Of a stretch of 64,000 nt of DNA, positions 1 through 9,875 are shown piece after piece. Position 1 is the stretch's first letter. The number at the start of each line of letters is the position of its first letter. The position numbers and the translations under genes are program-made. Below the pieces are notes generated by a model. The model was not told the DNA's origin and did not search any database. It was given only the letters and a program-made list of their open reading frames with translations. Source of the DNA: an uncultured Actinomycetes bacterium (lineage in GTDB: Bacteria > Actinomycetota > Acidimicrobiia > Spongiisociales > DATADW01); NCBI GenBank assembly GCA_963824995.1, contig CAWGRK010000002.1, positions 1 through 64,000 of the forward strand, written 5' to 3'.

Positions 1-2
1 CC

Positions 3-185
3 GGGCTGATGCAGATCCAAGCGGACGTGCCGATAGAGATCATCGACGTGATCCAGGCCGTGATCCTGTTCTTCCTGGCCGCCGATGTGATCGTCCGCAA
101 GCTGCTCCGGCTGCGTGTTGCCCGAGCAGGAGTGGACGAGGTGCAGACGGTGACCCGGTCCTACGGTGAGCAGGCGGTGGGCTGA
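3..185 (+). CDS. ABC transporter permease, C-terminal fragment (nucleoside/BMP-type), truncated by window edge
   Basis: Frame from nt 3 reads GLMQIQADVPIEIIDVIQAVILFFLAA...; TGA at 183-185 overlaps the ATG of the next permease. Confidence 0.75.
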   Translation, partial: GLMQIQADVPIEIIDVIQAVILFFLAADVIVRKLLRLRVARAGVDEVQTVTRSYGEQAVG

Positions 186-1405
186 TGGAGGGAGTGCTCG
201 ACTTCCTCTACAACATCCCGGTACTCGGGTATGTCATCCAGTTCATCGCCTACCTGATCTCCGTGATCCCCGACATCGCTCCGATCGTCCTTGGGCTAGC
301 GGTGCCGATCGCGCTGGGCGCGCTCTGCGGTGTGATGAACGAACGAACCGGCGTGGTCAACATCGGCATCGAGGGGATGATGTTGATCAGCGCCTTCGCC
401 GGGTTCATGGCGGCTCTCGTCGTCAACAACGCCATCGGAGGGGAGCCCTCCGATGGGTTGTTTGCCGCCACTCCGGCGTTGCTGATCGGCGTGTTGGCGG
501 CGATGCTGGCCGGTGCCCTGGTATCGGTGCTCCATGCCTGGCTGAGCATCTCGATCCGGGCAGACCAGATCATCAGCGGCACGATCATCAATATCCTCGC
601 CCTCGGGTTGACCGGTTATCTAAACCGGTTGATCAGCCCCACCGGTGGTGCGGGGACCTTTCGCTCGTTCGACCCTCCGGAGTGGCTAGTGGACATCCCG
701 GTGGTGGGATGGATCTTCAACATGTTCCTCAATCAGGGCCCGATCGCCATGTCGGTGATCGTGTTCGTGATCGTCCTCCAGATACTCCTGTTCCGATCCC
801 GATGGGGGCTGCGCACCCGTGCCGTCGGCGAGCACCCCCGAGCAGCCGACACGGTCGGGATCGACGTACTGAGGGTCCGGTACCGCAACGTCATCGTGGG
901 GGGCGTGTTCGCCGGCCTTGCGGGTGGGTACCTCACCCTGGAGGCGACAGGCTCTTTCCAGAATGGAATGACGGCCGGACGGGGGTTCATTGCCCTGGCG
1001 GCGGTGATATTTGGGCGCTGGACTCCGATCGGAGCTTTCCTCGGCTCGATGCTCTTCATGGGGTCGCAGGCGCTCGGTGTCGCTATCCGCTCCAACCCAC
1101 CGGTCGGGGCTCTGGGCGAGACGCTCGCCGGGTTCCAGCAGTCCTACCCGAGCATCTACAACAACTTCTTCGCCGCCCTGCCATACATCCTCACCATCAT
1201 CATCCTCGCCGGTGTGGTGGGCCGGAGCATCCCACCAGCCTCCGTGGGAGTTCCTTACGAGAAGGAAGGACGACGCCTAGGCGGTCACCGCTCGCCCAAC
1301 CATCGCTCGACCTCGGTGACATCGGGGGCAGATCTGGCGCCGGCCCTGGTCGTGGAAAGAGATGCGGAGACCACGGCCCACCGCACAGCCGCTTCCAATG
1401 GTTGA
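185..1405 (+). CDS. ABC transporter permease (nucleoside/simple sugar, BPD_transp_2); true stop may be TAG 1278-1280
   Basis: Motifs ERTGVVNIGIEGMML, GLRTRAVGEHPRAADTVGI, GRGFIALAAVIFGRW; multiple TM segments; tail after PYEKE overlaps rbsK. Confidence 0.9.
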   Translation: MEGVLDFLYNIPVLGYVIQFIAYLISVIPDIAPIVLGLAVPIALGALCGVMNERTGVVNIGIEGMMLISAFAGFMAALVVNNAIGGEPSDGLFAATPALLIGVLAAMLAGALVSVLHAWLSISIRADQIISGTIINILALGLTGYLNRLISPTGGAGTFRSFDPPEWLVDIPVVGWIFNMFLNQGPIAMSVIVFVIVLQILLFRSRWGLRTRAVGEHPRAADTVGIDVLRVRYRNVIVGGVFAGLAGGYLTLEATGSFQNGMTAGRGFIALAAVIFGRWTPIGAFLGSMLFMGSQALGVAIRSNPPVGALGETLAGFQQSYPSIYNNFFAALPYILTIIILAGVVGRSIPPASVGVPYEKEGRRLGGHRSPNHRSTSVTSGADLAPALVVERDAETTAHRTAASNG

Positions 1406-2187
1406 CCGGCTGCGAGCCGGGCGGCAAGTGCTCCGGTGAAGACATCGCCAGCGCCGGTGCTGTCCACCGGTCGGACCAATGGTGCCGCCACCTCGGCGGC
1501 ATTGTTGTCGTCGAACAGGAGAGCGCCATCGGCGCCAAGCGTCACCACCACCGCGGACCCGGTCCGGCCACCCAGCACTCGGGCGCTGTCGCTCGGATCT
1601 TCCTCGCCGGTCAGAGCGGCGGCTTCGTCTCGGTTGGGGGTGAGCAGTGGTCCCATCGCCTCCAAGGCGGCGGGCAGAGGGCGGGCAGGAGCGGGGTTGA
1701 CCACGAGCTGCCGGCCGGTCCGCCCCGCCGTGCCCGCCGCCGCCAACAACGCCTCGTCTGGTATCTCGAAGTTGACCACGAGCACACCACCATCGGGGAC
1801 CTCATGGATCGCTTCCTCGACGGCGGGTGCGCTCAACTCAGAATTGGCGCCGGAGGCAACTGCGATCATGTTCTCACCACCCTGATCGACCACGATCAGC
1901 GCTACCCCGGTCGGGGCCGCTTTGGAGCGGGACATCCCGGTGAGATCGACCCCGGCTGCGTCCAGATCGGCGAGCGCTTCCCTCGCCATCTCGTCCTCGC
2001 CCACCTGGCCGATGAGCCAGACTTCGGCTCCGGCTCGCCTCGCTGCCAGCGCCTGGTTGGCTCCCTTTCCTCCGCCCCACCTGGAGAACTGCCCGCCGGT
2101 CACGGTCTCGCCGGGGCCCGGGAGGCGATCGAGGTGCACGACAAGGTCCAGGTTGACCGAACCGACGACGACAACACGAGGAGTCAT
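1285..2187 (-). CDS. rbsK: Ribokinase (PfkB family)
   Basis: VVVGSVNLD, GGKGANQA, VDSTGAGDVF motifs; adjacent to nucleoside ABC permeases. Confidence 0.9.
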   Translation of the reverse strand: MTPRVVVVGSVNLDLVVHLDRLPGPGETVTGGQFSRWGGGKGANQALAARRAGAEVWLIGQVGEDEMAREALADLDAAGVDLTGMSRSKAAPTGVALIVVDQGGENMIAVASGANSELSAPAVEEAIHEVPDGGVLVVNFEIPDEALLAAAGTAGRTGRQLVVNPAPARPLPAALEAMGPLLTPNRDEAAALTGEEDPSDSARVLGGRTGSAVVVTLGADGALLFDDNNAAEVAAPLVRPVDSTGAGDVFTGALAARLAAGQPLEAAVRWAVVSASLSTTRAGARSAPDVTEVERWLGER

Positions 2188-2216
2188 ACCGCGCTCATTG
2201 CTCGGCATTCGAACGG

Positions 2217-3125
2217 CTACTCGCCGGCCGGCCTGCCGTAGAACTCGAAGCCCATTATGAGGAGCGTGTCGTAGGGCCCGCGGTTGGCATCGAGCGCTTC
2301 ACCGGGATAGGTGCTGGTCACCCTGAAGGTGAGCTCGGCGGTTCCCACCGTTGCCACGTTGATCACGTGAGGACCGCTGGCATCGGGGATCACATTGGTC
2401 TCGACAGGACCACCCATGTCATCGGTTTCGATGACGAAACCTTGCACCCGGGCGTTCCGGGTGAACCGCTCCTCGTCGGTGGCGTTCTTTAGGACAACCT
2501 GCTCCAGCGCAACCTCGGGTGCGAAGGTGAAGACGAACTCGATGGGCTCGTCGCTACTGGAGTCGTTGTTCCACCCCTGGTCGTTGCGCCGGGCGATGAG
2601 GTTGTCGCAGCTGAATCCCTCGGCGGTGCTGGAGCAGTCGACTCCGATCGGGTTGATCCGGCGCAGCCTGGTCTGCCCGGCTGTGGTGCTGGTGGCATCA
2701 GCCGCCGCCGTGGTCTCGCTCGCCGGGGACGGCCCGCCTTGGAGGGCGTTGAAGATCGCCGCCCCGACGAACACCACGATCAGTACCGCAGAGACGGCGA
2801 TGACGGCGCGCAACCCGGCGGACGTCCCCACCGGTGGCTGGGGAGCGACCGGAAGTTGCTGACGGGAAAGACGGGCGCCGCACTCCTCGCAGTGGCGGTT
2901 GGAGGCAGGGTTGGCAGCACCGCATGACGGGCAGGGCGTCGTTTGCTGCGCTGCGGTGACCATCGGCGGCTCCCATGCCGCATCCTCGGCAGGTGCCTCC
3001 CCAAGGACGAACTCCTCGTCGTTGCCCTCGCCGGTTTCCAACGGGTCAACCCATGCCCCGCAGGTCGGGCAGAAGCGCTCGTTGGAGAAGGAGGCGCCGC
3101 AGTTGGTGCATGTGTGACGAGCCAT
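2217..3125 (-). CDS. Double zinc-ribbon, single-TM protein with extracellular beta-sandwich (discoidin/carbohydrate-binding-like) domain
   Basis: CxxC pairs CTNC/CPTC and CPSC/CEEC; hydrophobic helix AVIAVSAVLIVVFVGAAIF; C-terminal beta-rich domain. Confidence 0.7.
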   Translation of the reverse strand: MARHTCTNCGASFSNERFCPTCGAWVDPLETGEGNDEEFVLGEAPAEDAAWEPPMVTAAQQTTPCPSCGAANPASNRHCEECGARLSRQQLPVAPQPPVGTSAGLRAVIAVSAVLIVVFVGAAIFNALQGGPSPASETTAAADATSTTAGQTRLRRINPIGVDCSSTAEGFSCDNLIARRNDQGWNNDSSSDEPIEFVFTFAPEVALEQVVLKNATDEERFTRNARVQGFVIETDDMGGPVETNVIPDASGPHVINVATVGTAELTFRVTSTYPGEALDANRGPYDTLLIMGFEFYGRPAGE

Positions 3126-3176
3126 GAGGTCCGCGAGGGGTTGCTTGATCCCGGGTGGGTATTGTGCCACGGCGCA

Positions 3177-3299
3177 ATGGTGTGGGCGATCATCGAGGCA
3201 GAGCCATGGACCCCGCTGAGCTTGATCGCCGGCGGTCTGCTCCTGGTCGGCGTCATCGCCGGGCTGGTGTGGGCCATCCGTGTCTCAGCCCGCCGATAG
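3177..3299 (+). CDS. Putative 40-aa single-TM small protein
   Basis: ATG 3177: MVWAIIEAEPWTPLSLIAGGLLLVGVIAGLVWAIRVSARR; GC-rich third positions; fills the gap before radA. Confidence 0.5.
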   Translation: MVWAIIEAEPWTPLSLIAGGLLLVGVIAGLVWAIRVSARR

Positions 3300-3313
3300 C
3301 ATCCCGCGGCGTG

Positions 3314-4630
3314 ATGACCTCCTTCTCGTGCTCCGGTTGCGGATACGTGGCTCCGAAGTGGATGGGCTTCTGTCCACAGTGCCGGCTTGAGGAGCCACTC
3401 GTCGAGGAACGCTCCAAGCCGAAGAGCAGGTCCGGTCCTCCACCCGTCCCGATACCGCTGGCCGAGGCGGGCGGCAATGCCTCTACCCGCGCCGCGGTGG
3501 GCATCGGGGAGGTCGACCGGGTTCTCGGCGGCGGCCTGGTGCCCGGAGCGGTGCTGCTCCTCGGGGGCGAACCCGGAGTCGGGAAGTCCACCCTGGTGCT
3601 CCAGATCGCCGCCGCTATGACCGCGTCGGGCAGGAGGGTGCTCATCGCCTCGGCCGAGGAGTCGGTGGACCAGGTGGGTCTGCGAGCCCAGCGGCTCGGG
3701 GTGATGCGCGGTCCGCTCTTTCTCCTGGCTGAGGACGATGTCGACCGCATCCTCGAATCTGCCGCCGAGATGGCCCCCGACCTGATCGTCATCGACTCGA
3801 TCCAGACGGTTTCGGCGACCGAGGTCGGGAGCGCTCCCGGGGCGACCACCCAGGTGCGCGAGTGTGCTGCCCGGGTGATCCGATTCGCCAAGGAGCACGG
3901 GATCGCCGCGGTGCTCGTGGGTCATGTCACCAAGGACGGCTCCATCGCTGGCCCCAAGACCCTGGAGCACATGGTGGACGTCGTCCTCTACCTGGAGGGG
4001 GAGGGCGACCGCGGGCTGCGGGCTCTACGGGGGTGGAAGAACCGGTTCGGTCCGGCGCATGTAGCCGGGCTTTTCGAAATGAGCCAGGACGGGTTGGTCG
4101 AGGTGGCGGACCCGTCGCGTGCCTTCCTCGCCGAGTGGGAGTCGTCGGTCCCGGGCACCGTCGTCTTCCCCACCATCGACGGGAGACGGCCCGTCCTGGT
4201 CGAGGTGCAGGCGCTCGTGTCGCCGGGGGAGTTCACCCCATCGCGGCGCAGCGCCCGCGGCCTCGATCCGGTCCGTCTGCATCAGCTTCTGGCTGTGCTC
4301 GACCGACATGCCGGGGTCGGGTTCCCACAGCGGGACGTTTACGTGGGGGTGGTCGGAGGGCTGACGCTTTCCGATCCGGGGATCGACCTTCCGGTGGCGC
4401 TCGCGCTGGTCAGCTCTCTGCAGGACGTCCCGCTTGGGCCGTTGGCGGCATGGGGGGAGGTCGGGTTGACGGGCGAGGTCCGTCAGGTGCCGCTGGCGGC
4501 ACGGCGCATGGAGGAGGCGGAGAGGGTCGGTGCCCGAGTACTCGCTCCCTCCAACGGGTCGCGGCTTCGCTTGCCCGAGGCGCTCGAGGCTGCCGGTCTC
4601 GGGATCGGTTCGTTGGCTGGGCGCATCTGA
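3314..4630 (+). CDS. radA: DNA repair protein RadA/Sms
   Basis: C4 zinc finger CSGCG..KWMGFCPQC, Walker A GEPGVGKST, KNRFG motif, Lon-like C-terminus. Confidence 0.97.
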   Translation: MTSFSCSGCGYVAPKWMGFCPQCRLEEPLVEERSKPKSRSGPPPVPIPLAEAGGNASTRAAVGIGEVDRVLGGGLVPGAVLLLGGEPGVGKSTLVLQIAAAMTASGRRVLIASAEESVDQVGLRAQRLGVMRGPLFLLAEDDVDRILESAAEMAPDLIVIDSIQTVSATEVGSAPGATTQVRECAARVIRFAKEHGIAAVLVGHVTKDGSIAGPKTLEHMVDVVLYLEGEGDRGLRALRGWKNRFGPAHVAGLFEMSQDGLVEVADPSRAFLAEWESSVPGTVVFPTIDGRRPVLVEVQALVSPGEFTPSRRSARGLDPVRLHQLLAVLDRHAGVGFPQRDVYVGVVGGLTLSDPGIDLPVALALVSSLQDVPLGPLAAWGEVGLTGEVRQVPLAARRMEEAERVGARVLAPSNGSRLRLPEALEAAGLGIGSLAGRI

Positions 4631-4685
4631 CCCGAGTGGACATCGCCCGGCGTCGATGATGTCCGGCTGATACCCTGAACCGCGG

Positions 4686-5753
4686 ATGAGCCCTGAGCAG
4701 CTCACGCAGAGAGCGGTCTTCGAGCGTCTCGCCCCGGGCACCCCGTTGCGCGCCGGTTTGGAGAGGATCATTCAGCAGGGGAACGGGGCTCTGGTGGTCC
4801 TCGGGGGGGGAAGGGCCGTAGACGCCATATGCACCGGTGGCTTCGAGTTGGCCGATTCCAACTTCTCTCCGGCCCGGCTGGCCGAGCTGGCCAAGATGGA
4901 TGGCGCCGTCGTTCTCAACGACGACTGCACGCGCATCATCCGCGCCAATGTCCACCTCGTTCCCTCGTCGTCGATACGCACCGATGAGACCGGTTCACGC
5001 CATCGCACCGCCGAGCGAGTTGCGGTGCAAACCGAGAAGCCGGTGGTTGCGGTGAGCGAGGATCGCAGAGCGGCCACCGTCTTCTTCGGGCAGACGACGC
5101 ACGAGTTGGAGAACCCGACCGAGCTGGTAGCCAAGGCAAATCAGTCGCTGCAGACGTTGGAGCGTTTCCGGCGGCGACTCGATGACGCCTTGGAGAGGCT
5201 GACCCGAATGGAGGTGAGCGACGTGGCGAGCAATCGCGCCGTCGTCACCGTGGTTCAGCGAGCCGAGCTGGTGCGACGGCTCGGCGCCGAGATCGACCGG
5301 GACGCGGTCAACCTTGGCGGGAGCGGAGAGATCATCCGCCTCCAGTTGGCCGACCTCATCCAGGGTGTGGAGACGCAGCAATCCCTGACCTTGCGGGACT
5401 ACGTGAGGCCGAGCCGAATGGCCACGGCTCGCACCGCCCTGGAGACGCTGGGTTCGTTGGCGGTTACCGACCTGAACGACCCGTCCAAGGTCGCCGCCGC
5501 AGTTGGCCTCGACGACCTCGACGACCACGTGCGACCGCTCGGATACCGGTTGCTCGCCACGGTCCCCCGCCTTCCGGAGAACGTCCGCAACGCCTTGACC
5601 GGGCATTTCAAGGACTTTCAGAAGATGCTCCTCGCCGACGTGGCGGAGCTGGACGACGTCGAGGGGATAGGGACGTCGCGGGCGGTCCAACTCCGGCGCT
5701 ACTTCGACCGGCTTCTCGACGCCACCCGGGCGTGGGCCCCCGAGATCGCCTGA
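4686..5753 (+). CDS. disA: DNA integrity scanning diadenylate cyclase DisA
   Basis: DAC motifs KMDGA and GSRHRTA, C-terminal HhH (VEGIG); follows radA. Confidence 0.96.
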   Translation: MSPEQLTQRAVFERLAPGTPLRAGLERIIQQGNGALVVLGGGRAVDAICTGGFELADSNFSPARLAELAKMDGAVVLNDDCTRIIRANVHLVPSSSIRTDETGSRHRTAERVAVQTEKPVVAVSEDRRAATVFFGQTTHELENPTELVAKANQSLQTLERFRRRLDDALERLTRMEVSDVASNRAVVTVVQRAELVRRLGAEIDRDAVNLGGSGEIIRLQLADLIQGVETQQSLTLRDYVRPSRMATARTALETLGSLAVTDLNDPSKVAAAVGLDDLDDHVRPLGYRLLATVPRLPENVRNALTGHFKDFQKMLLADVAELDDVEGIGTSRAVQLRRYFDRLLDATRAWAPEIA

Positions 5754-5812
5754 CCCTGGAGCGGTCTGAGGGACCGCTACACTCCGCTTCGTTCCCCGAC
5801 CTCCTGAGGCCG

Positions 5813-6397
5813 ATGCCTGCCACCAAGCGCACCCGAAAAGACAGCGACGCGCCCGAAGAGGTGCCCAAGCCGCCGCCTACCCGCCGCAGGGGACCCGCTT
5901 TCGGGGTCGGCGACCGGGTGGTCCATCCTCAGCATGGCGCCGCCGTGATCACCAAGAAGGTGAAGCAGAAGACCATCGACGGGTCGAGCCGTGATTACTA
6001 CGTGCTCGAGATCGCTACCGACCAGCTCACCGTGTTCGTCCCGGTGGACTCGATCGAGGAGGCGGTCCGTTCGGTCATCTCGAAGAACCAGACCCGCAAG
6101 GTCTTCCAGATCTTCAAGGAGGAGCCACAGGACGCCGGTTCCAACTGGAGCCGCTGGTACAAGGTCCTCAACGAGAAGATGACCAGCGGCGACATCTACC
6201 AGGTGGCCGAGGTGATCCGCGATCTGAGCTGGGCGCAGCAGACCAAGGGGATCTCGCCGGCGCTGAAAAGGATGCTCTCCAGGGCTCGGCTCACGCTGAT
6301 CAGCGAGCTCCGCTTCGCCCTCGAGGTGGACGAGGAGGAGGCGACCCGGCGTCTCGACAGGGCGCTCCCCAAGGCGGAGAAGGTAGAGGAGAGCTGA
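5813..6397 (+). CDS. carD: CarD family transcriptional regulator
   Basis: FGVGDRVVHPQHGAA, NWSRWYK, SGDIYQVAEVIRDL; conserved position before ispF-cysS. Confidence 0.92.
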   Translation: MPATKRTRKDSDAPEEVPKPPPTRRRGPAFGVGDRVVHPQHGAAVITKKVKQKTIDGSSRDYYVLEIATDQLTVFVPVDSIEEAVRSVISKNQTRKVFQIFKEEPQDAGSNWSRWYKVLNEKMTSGDIYQVAEVIRDLSWAQQTKGISPALKRMLSRARLTLISELRFALEVDEEEATRRLDRALPKAEKVEES

Positions 6398-6879
6398 ACT
6401 CTCTCCGGGTCGGCTGGGGATTCGATGCCCATCGTTTCGGGGGGAACCCTCCCATCGTTCTTGCCGGGATCGTGGTCGATCCCGACCGCGGGTTGCTGGC
6501 AACCTCGGACGGCGACGTTGCCGCCCACGCCGTAGCCGACTCCCTGTTGGGAGCGGCGGCTCTCGAGGATATCGGCGCACTTTTCCCCTCGAGCGACCCC
6601 CGGTGGGAGGGTGCCGACTCGATGTTGCTGCTCTCCGAGGTGGTGCGGCTGATCAGCAAAGAAGGGTGGGAAGTGGCGCACGTTGACCTGACTGTCATCG
6701 CCCAGTCGGTCCGGGTGGCTCCACAGCGGGATTCGATGCGGCGTTCAATTGCCGACGTGCTCGGGTTGCCGATGGACGTCGTCTCGGTCAAGGCGACCAC
6801 CACCGACCACATGGGCTCGATCGGCCGCGACGAGGGTATGGCTGCGGTGGCTGTGGCGACGTTGGTCGACGCAACCTGA
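6394..6879 (+). CDS. ispF: 2-C-methyl-D-erythritol 2,4-cyclodiphosphate synthase (probable CTG start)
   Basis: In-frame LRVGWGFDAH lies upstream of the first GTG (6472); SDGDVAAHA, DIGALFP, VSVKATT motifs. Confidence 0.88.
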   Translation: MNSLRVGWGFDAHRFGGNPPIVLAGIVVDPDRGLLATSDGDVAAHAVADSLLGAAALEDIGALFPSSDPRWEGADSMLLLSEVVRLISKEGWEVAHVDLTVIAQSVRVAPQRDSMRRSIADVLGLPMDVVSVKATTTDHMGSIGRDEGMAAVAVATLVDAT

Positions 6880-6952
6880 CGTAATAGGGGCACTGGTAGT
6901 CGGCCACAGCCTTCGGTTGCCCGGCGCGGCCCCCGTTACCATCGCCTGGCGA

Positions 6953-8336
<1,384 letters not shown>

Positions 8337-8365
<29 letters not shown>

Positions 8366-9080
8366 GGTCGAGGGGCTCCACGCCACCGCCGCCGCCCTCG
8401 CCACCGGGAGGCTCATCCGGCTCATAGCGGAGCGGGGCCGCGCCGATCGGGATCCACTTGCCGGGTTGGTCGCCCAGGCCCGTCAGCGCGGGCTCCGGGT
8501 GGATCTGGTCGACGATGTCCGTCCGGAGGCGGGGACCGAGGCCCCTCAGGGCGTGGTCGGCGTGGGATCGCCCATCCCGTACAGCTCTCTCGGCGACCTG
8601 GTCGCCAGAGCGTCACCCGTAGCTCTGCTGGTTCTCGACCACATCGAGGATCCCCACAACCTCGGTGCCGCCGCCCGTTCGGCGCTGGCAGCAGGGATTG
8701 ACGGGCTGGTCATCCCATTGCGGCGAGCGGCCCCACCCGGCCCGGCGGCGATGAAGGCGGCCGCCGGTGCGCTCGAATCGCTCCCAGTCGCCGCGGTGAA
8801 CTCGATCGCTGAAGGCCTGGAGATGCTCCGCCGGTTGGGTGTGTGGACGCTGGGTCTCGACGCCCACGCCGAGCGCAGCCTCTTCGGCCTCGAACTGTTG
8901 ACCGAACCGGTGGCGGTGGTGGTCGGCGGAGAAGCCAAGGGACTCGGCCGGTTGGTCGCCGAGCGGTGCGACATGGTCGCTTCGATCCCGATCGATCCCC
9001 GGGTGGAGAGCCTCAACGCATCGATCGCCGCTGCGCTGGCATGTTTCGAGATCCGCAGGGCGCGTTCAATCGTCCGTTGA
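8337..9080 (+). CDS. rlmB: 23S rRNA (Gm2251) SPOUT methyltransferase
   Basis: LDHIEDPHNLGAAARS, VVGGEAKGL, ESLNASIA; follows cysS. Confidence 0.9.
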
Positions 9081-9111
9081 CCACTTCGCCCGGGCGATAC
9101 GATGGCGTCGC

Positions 9112-9184
9112 GCCGGGTTAGCTCAGTTGGTAGAGCACGTCTCTTGTAAAGACGATGTCGCCGGTTCGATTCCGGCACCCGGCT
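9112..9184 (+). tRNA. tRNA-Thr(TGT)
   Basis: Cloverleaf GCCGGGT/ACCCGGC, GCTC/GAGC, CGTCT-CTTGTAA-AGACG, GCCGG-TTCGATT-CCGGC; CCA not encoded. Confidence 0.96.
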
Positions 9185-9241
9185 CGAAGAGAGGCCGACT
9201 CGCACGACGATGACTGTCGCCCTACGTTGGCCAGCACAGCT

Positions 9242-9853
9242 ATGGCGCACCTAGGAATCCTTGCTTACGGGTCCCTCATCTGGCATCCAGGTCCACTACT
9301 CGATGCGGTGACGGCAAGACGGATACCGAGGGTCACTACGCCGTTCCAGGTTGAGTTCGCCAGAAGAAGCCGAAGACGGGGCGGCGCTCCAACACCTGTC
9401 CCCGTCGATGGTGAGGGAGCCAACGTCGAGGCCGTGCTCTTGGTACTGGATGAGAACGTCTCGCTCGACCAGGCCAAGGACATGCTGTGGAGACGCGAGA
9501 CTCACCAGGATTCCACCGATAGGCGTTATCCGTCCAAGGAAAGCCCTGACTCCAACGACGTTTTCATCAGGGATCTCGAGGACCTCAGGGGGATCGAGCA
9601 CGTGTTATACGCCGAGCTAAAGGCCAACATTCCGCCAGCCTCCCGGAGCGCGGAGCGGCTGACTGACCTTGCCATTGAGAGCGTGGCCGCCGTCGGCGAG
9701 AAGGGTCTCGATGGCATTTCCTACCTCATCGATGTCAAGGCACATGGTCTCGCCACACCCTTGATGGACGCCTACGAGAGCGAGATTCTTTGCCGCACAG
9801 AAACCAAATCTCTGCAGGCGGCGCGACGCCGGGTTCTCCGCGACTGTTCGTGA
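9242..9853 (+). CDS. Gamma-glutamylcyclotransferase/ChaC-like protein
   Basis: N-terminal ILAYGSLIW, LWRRE, DGISYL motifs typical of the GGCT fold. Confidence 0.7.
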   Translation: MAHLGILAYGSLIWHPGPLLDAVTARRIPRVTTPFQVEFARRSRRRGGAPTPVPVDGEGANVEAVLLVLDENVSLDQAKDMLWRRETHQDSTDRRYPSKESPDSNDVFIRDLEDLRGIEHVLYAELKANIPPASRSAERLTDLAIESVAAVGEKGLDGISYLIDVKAHGLATPLMDAYESEILCRTETKSLQAARRRVLRDCS

Positions 9854-9875
9854 CCCCACACTTGTAGGCGCAGGC

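Noticed and set aside
1281..1405. 121-bp convergent overlap of the permease and rbsK
   Set aside because: A one-base change near 1268 gives EKEDDA-TAG at 1278-1280; probably an indel error given the others in the window
166..2241. 691-aa ORF and many similar long Arg/Pro/Gly-rich ORFs in the track
   Set aside because: Shadow or antisense frames of well-supported genes in high-GC DNA
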